DNA of 64,000 nt from the human T2T-CHM13v2.0 reference genome, Homo sapiens. How positions within the stretch are numbered: position 1 is the first letter of the stretch; each line of letters starts with the position of its first letter. A model generated the notes under the pieces. That model had not been told where the DNA came from. It saw only the letters and a program-made list of their open reading frames with translations, and made no database searches. The DNA lies in NCBI RefSeq assembly GCF_009914755.1, contig NC_060942.1. The stretch is one strand, 5' to 3'. Made by a program: the position numbers and the translations under genes. Shown one piece after another: positions 13,141 through 26,597 of this stretch.

Positions 13141-13186
13141 CACGCACACGCGCGCGCGCACGCACACACACACACACACACACATA
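13141..13186. repeat. (CG)n/(CA)n alternating purine-pyrimidine microsatellite
   Basis: cacgcacacgcgcgcgcgcacgcacacacacacacacacacacata. Confidence 0.95.
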
Positions 13187-13799
13187 TAATGATTGTAGGA
13201 CCAAAATAAAAAATCTAAGGCATTTTTCCTTGGTGGTACCCATTGGGTTAATCAAATTTCATCTAAAATAAGTCATCTCGACCCCCAGGCAGTCACCAGG
13301 AAGAAATTTAAGTTCAGTAGTGATTCAGAATCAGAGGATAAACACAAACATGTGTCTTTGGCACACAGAGAAAGCCTGGGGACAGGATGTGGTTGCAAAA
13401 GGAATATTTCCCCTTTAAGCCACTGGTTTTGTGAGACTTTTGGTAAGAAAAGATTAAGAGGTAATTTTCCTCTGAGGGCTTACAGGAAATAATTTATGAA
13501 CGTAAATAGCTACCAATGTTACTGAAAGTTAGAGGATGCTTAGGTTTGTTAGTTGTCATTAGTGTAATAAGAACAGACTTATAGACAGTTCACAATATTA
13601 CAAAGTAAGTTAAATAAATTAAATGCCCTATTAACACTGCATTTCAATGTAATGTTTCCTTGTTATTACCATAGCAAATAATAATGCAAAAAATTATTCC
13701 TAGAGGATTCTTTCTAGGTTGCAGACCAAAAAAAGGTGGCAGCGGTGGGGGGAGCTTATAGAAGAAAAATAAACTTAAGAAATAAATACCTAAGTTTAT

Positions 13800-14110
13800 A
13801 GTATGAGCGTTTGGTTAAATAGTGGTGTAATTTACCAAAATCTAAAGTAGGGAAGATGGGCAAGAACAGGTTAGGGAGCAGGATGGTGAGGATTAAGGCA
13901 GATTCTGCTTTGGACATGTTCTGTGTGAACTGCCTATAGAAAATTCAAAAAGAAAGGTCAAGTACACAGTTGGGTATACAAATTTAGAACTCTGTAGAAG
14001 TTTAGGCAAGTGACATCAATGTAGAAGTCATCCATATATAAATAGTATTAAAGTAAAGGGACAAAAATGAAGACAGAGAAAGATCCTGGCCAAGACCTGG
14101 GGTTCATTGC
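13800..14110 (-). mobile_element. L2 fragment
   Basis: degenerate L2 motif ttctgctttggacatgttctgtgtgaactgcct. Confidence 0.6.
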
Positions 14111-14118
14111 AGTGTATC

Positions 14119-14479
14119 TGTATTATTCTGTTCTCACCCTGCTAATAAAGACATACCCGAGGCTGGGTAATTTATAAAGGTAAAAGGTTTAATTGATTCA
14201 CAGTTCCACATGGCTGGGGAGGCCTCACAATCATGATGGAAGGCCAATGAGGAGCAAAGTCACCTCTTACATGGTGGTAGGGGAGAGAGAGCTTGTGTAG
14301 GGGAATTCCCCTTTATAAAATCATTGGATCTCCTGAGACTTAATCACTATCACAGCACAGGAAAGATCCGCCTCCCCATGATTCAACTACCCTCCACTGG
14401 TCCTTCCCACCACACGAGGGAATTATGGGAGGTACAATTCAAGATGAGATTTGGGTGGGGATGCAGTCAAACCGTATCA
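14119..14479 (-). mobile_element. THE1 (MaLR) solo LTR
   Basis: THE1-like consensus; 5-bp TSD GTATC at 14114-14118 and 14480-14484. Confidence 0.92.
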
Positions 14480-14520
14480 GTATCCATATAAACATAGAGC
14501 ACAAGGAAAAGCCACAATAA

Positions 14521-14925
<405 letters not shown>

Positions 14926-15479
14926 TAATGGGCAAGAGTTTAGTGAAAGAGTTAGTTACCAGTATGTGATTTGGTTAACAACAACAGGGCAGGGCAAAGC
15001 ACCACGTTTCTGCAAACACTACCAGCCAGGGCCTGAAGGGGCTGCAACAGAAGGAAGTTGTCATCCAGGACCCAGCCAGAACCACAGCCACGGGAGAGGT
15101 GTCCTGCAAGGGGTGTGCTCCTCAGGACATGAGCACAGCCACTGCAGAGCCCCTGGACCTCCAGCTTCTCTATCTCCTCAAGTCTCCTCTTCACCAAACC
15201 CAGCGGAGATCAGCGCACAAGGCATTGCCAAGATGGTCCCGGAAATCATTCTCCCCGGGGACAAGGCCAGGGAGAATAGATGTAGATGGGGAGACAGAGA
15301 ATCCCCAGCATATATTATTAGTGTAAATAGTTACAATTGACCATATGTAGGTGGTTACTGTCAGAAAGTGGACGCTTATATGCTGTTCAGTCTTTGCCAT
15401 TCAAATGGCAAACTTTTCAAACTGGAGCAGAGTCGTCTAGCTCAGTTTTGCCTGTAATTATCTTTCTCTCTAAGGCAGC

Positions 15480-15930
15480 ATCTGTACCATACCTTGCTTC
15501 CCACGTCCATTTCCATCCACTAGGGCAACACGGGCCCCATGCTTGTTTGTCAGAGGTTCGCTCTGTGGGGCGTCATGTCACGTGGAGTTCTGGACAGGGC
15601 GAGGCCCCTGAGGCTCTGACTCTTCTCTGCCCACAGCCCTGGGCTCTCTGTGCCTCGGGGCCACGTGTCCTCATCCAGCCTCGCAGCCAGGAACTGGAAA
15701 CTCCCTCAGATTAACATCAAGTTCAATGCCAAATTCCTGGGAAAAAGCCCAGGAAACCATGAGTGTCTCCCAGGGTCCTGAGACTGAACAAGAGTGACTC
15801 GCAGAGACCCGCTGTCTTTTGCTTCCACGCCCCCACCCCCAGGGCTTTCTTGGCACCCCAGGGATTTATCTCCATCTGACCTTATCTTTCACACAGTTGT
15901 TCTGACTCATACTCCTCTTGGTGTTTACAG
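15480..15930. promoter_or_regulatory. candidate enhancer (non-repeat, GC-richer motif cluster)
   Basis: GTCACGTG 15577-15584, CACGTG 15662-15667, TTC(N4)GAA 15734-15743, CCACGCCCCCACCCC 15825-15839, TGACTCA 15903-15909, TGTTTAC 15922-15928; motif evidence only. Confidence 0.3.
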
Positions 15931-16104
15931 ATCCCTCCATGACATGTAGTATTTATTTTTTACACAGGTTGTTCTTTAACTTTAAATCTAATTTAAATTT
16001 AACTAGCCGTGTGGCCACCGTATTGGGCAGTGAGGGCTTAGGCAGTCTCACTCACTAGCTGCGATGTTCACACCTGCCCCAAGAAAATCTCATTTTTTAA
16101 TGGA

Positions 16105-16560
16105 AAGAAGTTAACAATTAACAAGTTAATCTTGTTCAGGTACTCTGCTGAGTGCCACTGTATACGTTATCTCATTCAAAACTCACCTCAGCTTCGTGAC
16201 TAAAGAAAGTGAGGTTTGTCAAAAATCTCACTTTTTGAAGTGAGTTAGTGATGAAGGTTGGATTTGAACTCAGATATATGTTGTATCTTTTTAAGTTAGG
16301 TTTTTTTGTTCTATTTTCCCAGGGTTGCCATATAGTATAGTAGTTAAGATCCGAGCTTTGGAGGCAGGTAGGTCAGTTCTGCAGATTAGTTACTTGTGGC
16401 CTTGGGTTAGTTATCCAACCTGTCTAAAGCATCCTTTCTTCATTTGCAAAGAGGAGATAAAACAAGTAGCTCCTTTACATATTATGTGTGTTATATAACA
16501 TTCTAGGTGTATTTCATGATGTAATACTTATATGCAGAACTTAACAACAATTTAATATTA
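16105..16560. mobile_element. two MIR fragments in opposite orientation
   Basis: ttatctcattcaa...gaaagtgaggttt...ggatttgaactcag (-); gtggccttgggttagttatccaacctgtctaaagcatcctttcttcatttgcaaa (+). Confidence 0.65.
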
Positions 16561-16811
16561 TTGTTAGTTATATGTAAAAAGTCATTTCAAATCATTCTTT
16601 AATTTAATCATTAAAGGAGAATCCCAAGGGCCTCTACCCAGCCACAATTTCTTGAACTCCTTGGAGATGATGGTTAAGAAGAAAGCATAATGCTCTCTAT
16701 CTCATTTGATAAAAATCTTCAACAAGGGAAAAAATCAAAGCCTCTCTTGGCTCTGAAAGCATTTTTTCAGTTGTTTAAAATTTATGATTCAAGGGTTGTT
16801 TGGTTTTGCCT

Positions 16812-16875
16812 GCCATAATAATCATGGGAGGGTGTAAGATTTCGCCATAATAATCATGGGAGGGTGTAAGATTTC
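16812..16875. repeat. perfect 32-bp tandem duplication
   Basis: gccataataatcatgggagggtgtaagatttc x2, identical copies. Confidence 0.98.
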
Positions 16876-17942
16876 AACAACTATCTGCCATGAAGGCAAA
16901 CATTTTCCTGTGTGCCAGGCCCTGGCTGATCTTGACAAGACACAGAGCTTTGAGTCTCAAATCAAGAGGTCACTGGAGCTTTAGCAGTCACCTGCAGCCA
17001 CTGGGAAACGTGGTCTCAGAGTCCTAGGATTGCTCTCAGGAGAAGAAATCTTAAAGATTAGTCTTTTCAATCCCCTCACCCCGAAAGCCAAGGATGCAAG
17101 CACGTAACATTTAAAAAAATATTTGGCCCTGTGTTACTGTTCTGTCAAATATCAGGCATTACCAGTATTTTACATTAATTCCATTATTTTTTTCCAGAAG
17201 ATTGTATCACAGTTAGCTAGACATATATCCATGATGGTATAATCCTGTTGACTCCTATTAAATTCTGGGAAATTGCTGACTGTTCTTCAGAAAGCCAAGA
17301 GTATTTCTCATGTGAGGGTTTTCTAAACAAACTCAACTGAGATTTTCACAGTTCATGTGTCAGGTGGTTATGTGGAAGAGTGCAAGGATCAAATAGCCCA
17401 CAATGCCTCAGACCGGCCCACAACATATGTAGCTTTGATATAACTCAAGGACAGTGGGACGCTGGCAGGGTGGCAAGGGACAGTCACTGTGCTATACAGT
17501 GTAAAAAATTTCAAAAGTCAAATTTCTCTTTTGTCAGTTTCAAAATGACTGGCTGACTCATGCTAGTTCAATGGGCTAAAAAAGCCACAAAAATCTCAAA
17601 ACCGTTGCTGATTCAGAGCAAAATGATGGTCTACAGCCTTTCTAGAGATAGGGCTTAAATTTGTGGAACATGTCTATTATGATGGGCGATAATCTTGATC
17701 ACATTTAACATTAAAAGTAGATTTATGAGTGATGATGTAAGAAGATGCTGAGCAGGAAGGAACTCTGAGACTGGAGCTTCAGATGCTTGAGGATGAAGTG
17801 AATGGTCCTTTCATCCTTGCCCAGAGTGTCTCTGTCCCTCTCTCCACATGGAGACAGGTGACAGTAAAAGAAAAGCCCTGAGGTTTGCTAGGAGCTGGGG
17901 TCAGGTGCATCCTAAGATCTACCTCTTCCTGTCACCTTCTGA

Positions 17943-18292
<350 letters not shown>

Positions 18293-18950
18293 AAAGTCAG
18301 TATCTTAATTTAAAACCAGTGTTTGTGGTTCTGATTCAACTGCTACAGTTCCTCATGCAGTTTGAGAACAGAGGAATACACATTCTGTTGCTATGACAAG
18401 ATGACTAATAATAAAGAAGATCTATTACTAACACAATAGTGGTCCAAGTCTTGGAGAAAGTTTTGCAGATTGGAGTTAAATTTAATGCAATTTAATCTGA
18501 TAATTTTTTTAACTTACTGCTGAATATGGGTCCAGTCATTTACCAGAAAAGTCAGAAAGACAGGAATAAAAAAACCAAAGGTATTTGGCAGGATAAATTA
18601 TCAACTGGAACACAGGCTTTTAGTAATAGATCAGAACAACACATGGAGGGAGTATCAGTTTCTCACAGCAGTCTTTTCATAGAAAAAATGGGCAGGTGCT
18701 ATCAAACTTTCACCAAACATGGTGACTATGCCATACTGGGAAGGATGGCAAGCTTCAGAAACTACTGCCATGTTAAAAGATGAAGGTACTCCTAGTGATG
18801 TTGAGGAAGATATCATTTTGGAAACAAACAAAGAAATTAACAAAGATATCCAGTGACACTATGATATTGCAAATACTTTCACTATTTTTGCTAGTTGGTT
18901 TTGGAATATTTTCAGTTGGCATTATGTTAGATATAGTACAACACTGAGAA

Positions 18951-19534
18951 ATTTCAATGGTTTGAGACTTGAGGAGATGTTGGGATGAGGTCAATACATT
19001 TTGCATGTAGAGTGGACATAGATCTTTGGGGATCAGAGCATGGACTGTGGTAGACAGAATATGCCATCCCCCAATGATGTCCATGCCCTAATCCCCCAGA
19101 ACCTATGAATATGTTACCTTACATGGCACAGGGGCCATGTTGATGTGATTAATTTAAGGATTGGAAGTAGGAACATTATCCTGCATTGTCTGCATGGGTC
19201 CAGTGGAATCACAAGGTCCCTTATAAGAAGGAGGCAAAAGGGTCAGAGTAAGAGAGATGTGATGATGGAAGCAAAGATCAGAGAGATTTAACATACTACA
19301 CTGCCAACTCTGAAGATGGAGGTAGGGACCATGAGCCAAGGAATACAGGTGGCCTCTAGAAGTTGGAAAAGGCAAAGAAACATTTTTCCCCTACAGCCTC
19401 CTGAAGGAATGCAGCCCTGCTGACACCTTAAATTTAGGACTTCTGATCTCTAAAATTGCAGTATAATAAATTTGTGTTGTTTTAAGTTACTAAGTTGGTG
19501 GTAACTTGCAATAGCAGCAATGGGAAATTAATAC
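18951..19534 (+). mobile_element. MLT1 (MLT1D-like) LTR at 19046-19534 preceded by ~95 bp of MaLR internal 3' end
   Basis: tgtggtagacagaat ... gcagcaatgggaaattaatac; the pseudogene reading resumes exactly after it. Confidence 0.88.
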
Positions 19535-20501
19535 GAAGTGTTCAAAAAGGTTACAGAAGTTTTCATTTTAATTTCTGCACTTCTTGTTCTCCATGAAAAC
19601 TTGGAAATGACATTGGCATCAAGGTTAACCACTGCAGTAAATGTAGGGAAGATGGATTCACCCGTTGAAAAGTAGAACCTAGGAATTGGCAGTTTGGCCT
19701 TAAAGCAGATTCCGGCAACTGTAGTGGGTTTTCTTGCAGCTGTAGCAGCAATTATTTTGGGCTGGATTCCAGAAGGAAAATAAAACTTTGATCATTCCAT
19801 CATTTTGTGCTCTAACAGAGAGAAAACTACCTTCCATGCATCTCTTCTGCAGAGAATAATAATAGTTTAGGTTATTGTTGGTTCAAAGAAGAATGGTATA
19901 AATTCTGTTAATGTCACTACAGCCATTGCTGCTAGTTTTGGCAACCTTACAACTCTATTTTTATCTTGAATAAGTCAGAGTCTAATACTCCTGTCTTGAG
20001 ACTTATTACTACGTATTAGTTGGTGCCTTTTTCTCTGCCCTAACTCCCATCTGAATTGTAATGACTGCCAAACATTCAACCACATTGGCAGTTCTCCAAT
20101 CGGTCTCAGGGCCTGCCCTAAGAGCCAGGATTGTAAGTGGCACTGGGCCTTACTCTGGAAACATGTGTATCTGACCCAATGTAATTAGGATTATTGCTAT
20201 ATACTAATAATATTGGTAGTAATTGGGCGGTTGTCGATGCTAGCAGGATTTCTACCTAACTCAATTTGCGTAGCACCCACGATAATTGTCTGATGAACTC
20301 AAAGGTTGTTATTACCCACTTAGGACATTTTTGTTCCAAAAGTAATAGGTCTGCTGAAGTTTTATTGATTTTAGTGATTCCAGGGCATTTTATTCCTTTA
20401 CACTTTCACTTGTTAAAAAAAAAAATCCTACTTCTTCAACTGTAATCTTCACCGTAATTTACTTATTTGCTTCTGTGTCACAGGTATTTACCTTGTTATG
20501 A

Positions 20502-20878
<377 letters not shown>

Positions 20879-21591
20879 TCTTCATCCTGTATCTTATGGA
20901 ATTGGTTGATCTGTCTGGGTCAGCTTTATTAGCCTTAAGTGTTCATTTTCAGTGGTTTGTTAGAGACTGAGATCAAGATGTTAGGGACTAATAAATCCTG
21001 CTAAATCTTCTCAGATGATCAAGGAGAAAAACGTACAGCTCCTTGCCAAAAATTTTAAGCCAATAATTTGTCTTTTTCCAGGAAAGATTTGGTTGGCCCA
21101 GATTAAATTAAATGACCTTCTCTTCTTTAAAGAAAGGAATTGGTGTTGAACTATAATGAATAGTATTTGTGATGCCTTTCATAATATAAATGATAATTTG
21201 ACATTGACAAGGATACAAATTTCAATCTCTGGAATTAATTAAATGGGAAAGGATACAGGATTTTGCAATGAATAATTTTGGAACCACACACATAGAAGAA
21301 ATGTACTTTATCATTGTTTAATTTGTAATGTAAGGTTAGGAGAAATAGACCTCGAGTTTAACTTTCCTTATCTTACAGATGTATTGTACTTCAAAGCAAA
21401 CTATAAAAATAAGGAGGCCAAGCCAAGCTTTTTTACCTTCATGCCAACTGAGGAGAAATTTAACAATTGCTGATTAACAAAAAAATAGATAAGTTTCGCT
21501 AACCTAAAAAATGTTCTGCTGAGTAAAAGATAAACTCTGTTTCACCTGCATCTATCAATTGTCATGAAAGACTTCATGGAAAGCTGCACTT

Positions 21592-21886
21592 TTAATTTTT
21601 TTCAAATTGATACAGGGTCTTGCCTTGTCTCCTAGGCTGGAGTACACTGGCATGATCATGGCTCACACAGCCTCAACCTTCTGGGCTCAAACAATCCTCC
21701 TGCCTCAGCCTCCCCAGTAGTTGGGACTACAGGCATGTTCCTCATGCCCAGCTAATTTTTTATTTTATGTAGAGACAGGGTCTCACCATGTTGCCTGGGC
21801 TGCTCTCCACCTCCTGGGTTCAAGAGATTCTTCTGCCTCAGCCTCCCAAAGTACTGGGATTACAGGCATGAGCACCGTGCCTGGCC
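21592..21886 (-). mobile_element. AluJ
   Basis: AluJ diagnostics; TSD gaaagctgcactt at 21579-21591 and 21887-21899. Confidence 0.93.
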
Positions 21887-23125
21887 GAAAGCTGCACTTC
21901 AAATATAGAATGCCCTTGAGAGATCTTTAATTACAGCAAGGGCTCATTTTTGATTATTGATTTGTAAAATTATAATTGATTTTTTTCCCTGAAAACTTTT
22001 AAGTAGTCAAAAACAGAAGATAACCTCAGTTGTGCTCATAGAGACAGTATGGCATGAGAAGTTGTGCATATGTGCATGAATAGATGTGTGTGTGCATGCT
22101 TTTAACAGAGAGAAAGAGATTAAAAATGTTGCTTTTGTTGTAAAATTAAACCTTGGATTGATGATAGCAAAGATCTTAGTGCTATTGGAATAGCATCATT
22201 ATGAAATTATTTCTTCACACTTATCATTGGTATGCTTTTGTCATTTGTCTAAAAATTTTGCTATTGGCCAGAATGTAATATTTGTTATCTGTGTAATCAA
22301 TAGTTTCTTCTAATTAAAAATAAACTATACCATTTAATATAACCAAAATATAAACAAGATTTATAATGAGCAAGTGATTTATTTGCTTTTGAAAGAAGTC
22401 CATAAAACTCTTAGCTTACCCTTCTTTAAAAGAAAAATTGGTAGTTCTTCTCTACTATTGTACATGCCTACAAACATCATTCATTTGCACACATTTGTTT
22501 CCAAGCAGGGGTTCTATCATACACTTCTATGTTTTTCCAGTACCTTTTAAAAAAACTCTAATCTATATTCTAAACACTTGAACCAACAAATTAATTATTT
22601 AGTAGTTAAGCATTTTATATAATGCCTAGTTCATTTTTTAAAAATACAGTAGGGGTTGTTTAGGTCCATTAATCAAATAAAGGAAAGAAAAAAAAATCGT
22701 GTTAACTTTTATTCTTGTGGTACAAGTTTTGTGTTAGTGTCGGCATGATCTAAATAGTAGGTTGTTTATATTGAACAAAGTGTGCCTGTTAAACTCTTTA
22801 AAACAAGGAAAATATGTTTTAAAGTTTATATTTTTGCTTATTTTTAAACTTTAAGTATTCCACTCTCTGTCTTGTAATGAAGCTTCCAAGGCAGAAAACA
22901 AATTTAATAATAAATTTTTTCCTCTAGAAAGTTATAATGTTGTATAGTAAACATTCTTATAAAATAATAATGATGTTTAAGTTAATGAATATTTATCTTT
23001 TTGCCTAATAGATTTCTTTTTTTTGAACAGTTTTGAATTTGAGTTCTTATTGCTCTACATTCTCACCAGCCTTTGGTGTTGTTAGTTTTTTGGATTTTGG
23101 CCATTCTGATAGGTATACAATGGTC

Positions 23126-23440
23126 CAGGCTCATTATCTCTTATCTGAAATGCTTGAGACCAGAAGTGTTTCAGATTTTGGACCCTTTTGGATACTGGAA
23201 TGTTTGCATATACATAATGAGATATTCTGGGGATGGCACTCAAGTCTAAATAAGAAATTCATTTATATTCCATATACACCTTTTATACACATAGCCAGAG
23301 GGCAATTTTATACAAACTTTTAAATAATTTTGTATATTTGCAAGAAACAAAGTTTGTTTACATTGAACCAGTAGAAAGCAAAGGTGTCACTATCTCAGCC
23401 ATCCATGTGGGCAACCTGTGGTCACTATCTCAGCCACGAT
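23126..23440. mobile_element. Tigger4/MER46 DNA transposon fragment
   Basis: cttatctgaaatgcttgagaccagaagtgtttcagattttgg. Confidence 0.8.
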
Positions 23441-26319
23441 GTAAACAGTAGTTTATTTCTCTGTTTCTTCAGGTCATTTAGGGTGGTTATTCCATTGTTG
23501 TTTCAATTTGCAATATCCTAATAACATAGGATGTCGAACATTTTTTCATATGTTTATTAACCATCTGCATATCTTCTCTAGTGAATGTATATTCAGATCT
23601 TCTGCCCATTTTAAAATTGGGTTGTTTGGTTTCTTATTGTTGAGTTTGAAGAGTTCTTTGTATATTTTAGATAACAGTCCTTCATCAGATGTGCCTTTTG
23701 CAAATATGTTCTCCAGGTCTTTGCTGCTTCTCTCATTCCCTTATCAAAACTTTTGCAGAGCAGAAGTTTTGAATTGTAATAGAGTCCAGATTGTCAATGA
23801 TTTCTTTCATAGATTGTGCCTTTGATGTTGTATTTTTAAAGTCTTCATCATGCACAAAGTCATCTGGATTTTCTCTTACATTATCTTCTAGTAGTTTTAT
23901 AGTTTTGCATTTTACATGTGGATCAATGGTCCATTTTGAGTTAATTTTTTGTGAAGGGTATAAAGTCTGTGTGTGGATTCATTCTTTTTACACGTTGATG
24001 TCCAGTTACTCCGGCACCATTTGTTGAAAAGACTATCTTTGCTCCACCATATTGTCTTTGCTTCTTTGTCAAAGATTAGTTGACTTTATTTATGTGGGTC
24101 TATTTTGGGGCTCTCCGTTCTGCTCCACTGATGCATTTGTCTAATATTTTGCCAATACCACATCATTTTGATATCTGCTGCTTTGCAGTAGGTCTTAAAG
24201 TCAAGTAATGTCAGCCTAACAACTTTGTTCTTCTCTTTAAGCATTTTATTGGCTACTCTGAGTCTTTTGCCTCTCCTTATGTACTTTAAATCAGGTTTAA
24301 ATGTCCACAAAGTAACTTGCTGAGATTTTGTTTGGAATTGCATTGATTCTATAGCTCAAGTTGGGAAGAACTGGCATTTTGACACTATTGAGTATTTCTA
24401 TGCATAAATATGGAACATCTCTCCATCTATTATTTGACTTCTTTCATCAGAGTTTTGTAGTTTTCCTCATACAACTCTTACAATATTTTGTTACATTTAT
24501 ACTTAAGTATTTTATTTTAAGGATCCTAACTAAATGGTATTATGTTTTTAACTTCAAATTCCTATTGTTTATTGCTTGTATATAGAAAAATATTGCCTTT
24601 TGTATATTAATCTTGTATCCTACAATCAATATAATGCCTTATTAATTTCAAGAATGTTTTGGTTTGTCAATTCTTTTGGATTATCTACACAGAAAATTAT
24701 GTAATCTTCAAACAAAGAACAGTTTTATTTTTTCCTTCCCAATCAGTATACCTTTTATTTTATTTTATTTTCTAATAACATTAGCTAAGATTTCCCATAT
24801 GATGTTGTAAAGGACTGGTGAGAGGAGACATCTTTGCTTTGTTTCTGATCTTGGCAGGAAAACTTCTTGTTTCTTACCATTATAAGTACTTAATATTAAG
24901 CACCATTAAACAGCTGTAGGCTTTTGTAGCTGTTCTTTATCAATATGAGGAAGTTCCTTTCTATTCCAAGTTTGCAGAGCACTTTTATTATGAATGGGTG
25001 TTGAATTTCATCAAATCTCTTTTCTGCATCAATTAACATGATCATGTGATTAATATGCTTTAGTCTGTTGATGATTTGTATTAATTAACTTCTGAATGTT
25101 AATCTTGGGATAAACTCCACTTGGTTGTGGTCAATAGTTCTTTTTATAGTTATACTTATCCAATAATAGTTCATTGTTTGATTCAATTTGCTAATAATTT
25201 GTTGAGAATTTTTGCATCTATGTTGAGAAGAGATTTTTTCTGAAGGGTAATACTGGCCTCATAGAGTGAGTTAGTTAATATTCCCACTGCATCCGTCTTC
25301 TAGAAGAGAATGTAGAGAATTGGTATAATTTCTTCCTTAAATGTTGGTAAAATTCACCAATAAATTCATCTAGGCCTAGTGTTTTCTGTTTTGGAAAATT
25401 AATAATTATTGATTCTTTAGTAGATATAGGCCTGCTCACACTGCATATTTTTTTCTTGTGTGACTCTAACAGATTATGTCTTTCAAAAAATTGGTTAATT
25501 TCATCTAAGTTATCAAATTTGACATCAGGCATAGAGTTGTTTATAGTATTCTTTATTATCCTTTGATGTCTATGGGATTTATAGCGTTACCCCTTGCATT
25601 TCTGGCAGTAATCTGTGCCTTTTAGTCTTAGTTATCACAGGTAGACACATCAATTTTATTGATCTTTTCAAAAAACCAGCTTTTGGCTACATTGATTTTC
25701 TCTATTGACTTCTTGTTTTCAGTTTATTTGACTACTGCTCTAATTTTTCTCCTTTCTTTTCTTCTGCTTATTTGGGATTTAATCTGCTCTTCTTTTTCTA
25801 GTTTCCTATAGCAGAAGCTTAAATTATACATTTTAGATTTTTCTTCTTTTTTAATATATGCATTCAATGCTATAAATTTCCTTCTAAGCACTGCTTTAGC
25901 TACATCCCACAAATTTTGATAAGCTGTATTTTCATTTAGTCCAAAGTATTTTGTTTCTCTTGAGATTTCTTCTTTGATGCATGTGTTGTTTAGAAGTATG
26001 CTATTTAATCTCCAAGTATTTGGGGATTTTCCAGATATTTTTCTGTTATTGATTTCTAGTTTAATTCCACTGTCATCTGAGACAACACATTGGATGATTT
26101 CTATTCTTTTAAACTTGCCAAGGTGTGTTTATGTTCCAGAATATGGTCTGCCTCGGCAAATGTCCCATGGAAGCTTGAGAAGAATGTGTATTCTCCTGCT
26201 GTTAGATCAAGTAGTCAGTAGATTTCAATGTCAACTACCTTTATTGATTCAGACAATTTATGATTAAAGAGATTATTGATATAGCTGGATTAACGTCTAC
26301 CATGTTTATTACTATTTTC

Positions 26320-26597
26320 CTTTTTTAAAATTATACTTTAAGGTCTGGGATACATGTGTAGAATGTGCAGGTTTGTTACAAAGTTATGCACGTGCCATGG
26401 TGGTTTGCTGCACCCATCAACCCGTCATCTACATTAGGTATTTCTCCTAATGCTATCCCTCTCCTAGCCCCCAACCCCCGCACAGGCCTGGTGTGTTCTC
26501 ATTGTTCAAATCCCACTTATGGGTGAGAACATGCTGTGTTTGGTTTCCTGTTCTTGTGTTAGTTTACTGAGAATGATGGTTTCCAGCTTCATCCATG
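26320..26597 (-). mobile_element. L1PA 3' end fragment
   Basis: ttatactttaaggtctgggatacatgtg...ggtttgctgcacccatcaacccgtcatctacattagg. Confidence 0.9.

Noticed and set aside
17163-17322. Possible further - strand exon (tttgtttag...ctg|gtaatg)
   Set aside because: Three or four stops in the frames tested and no independent support
18526-18783. 85-aa ORF as a functional truncated SLC41A2
   Set aside because: Frameshifts out of homology after ~40 aa and has no transmembrane domain; a pseudogene fragment
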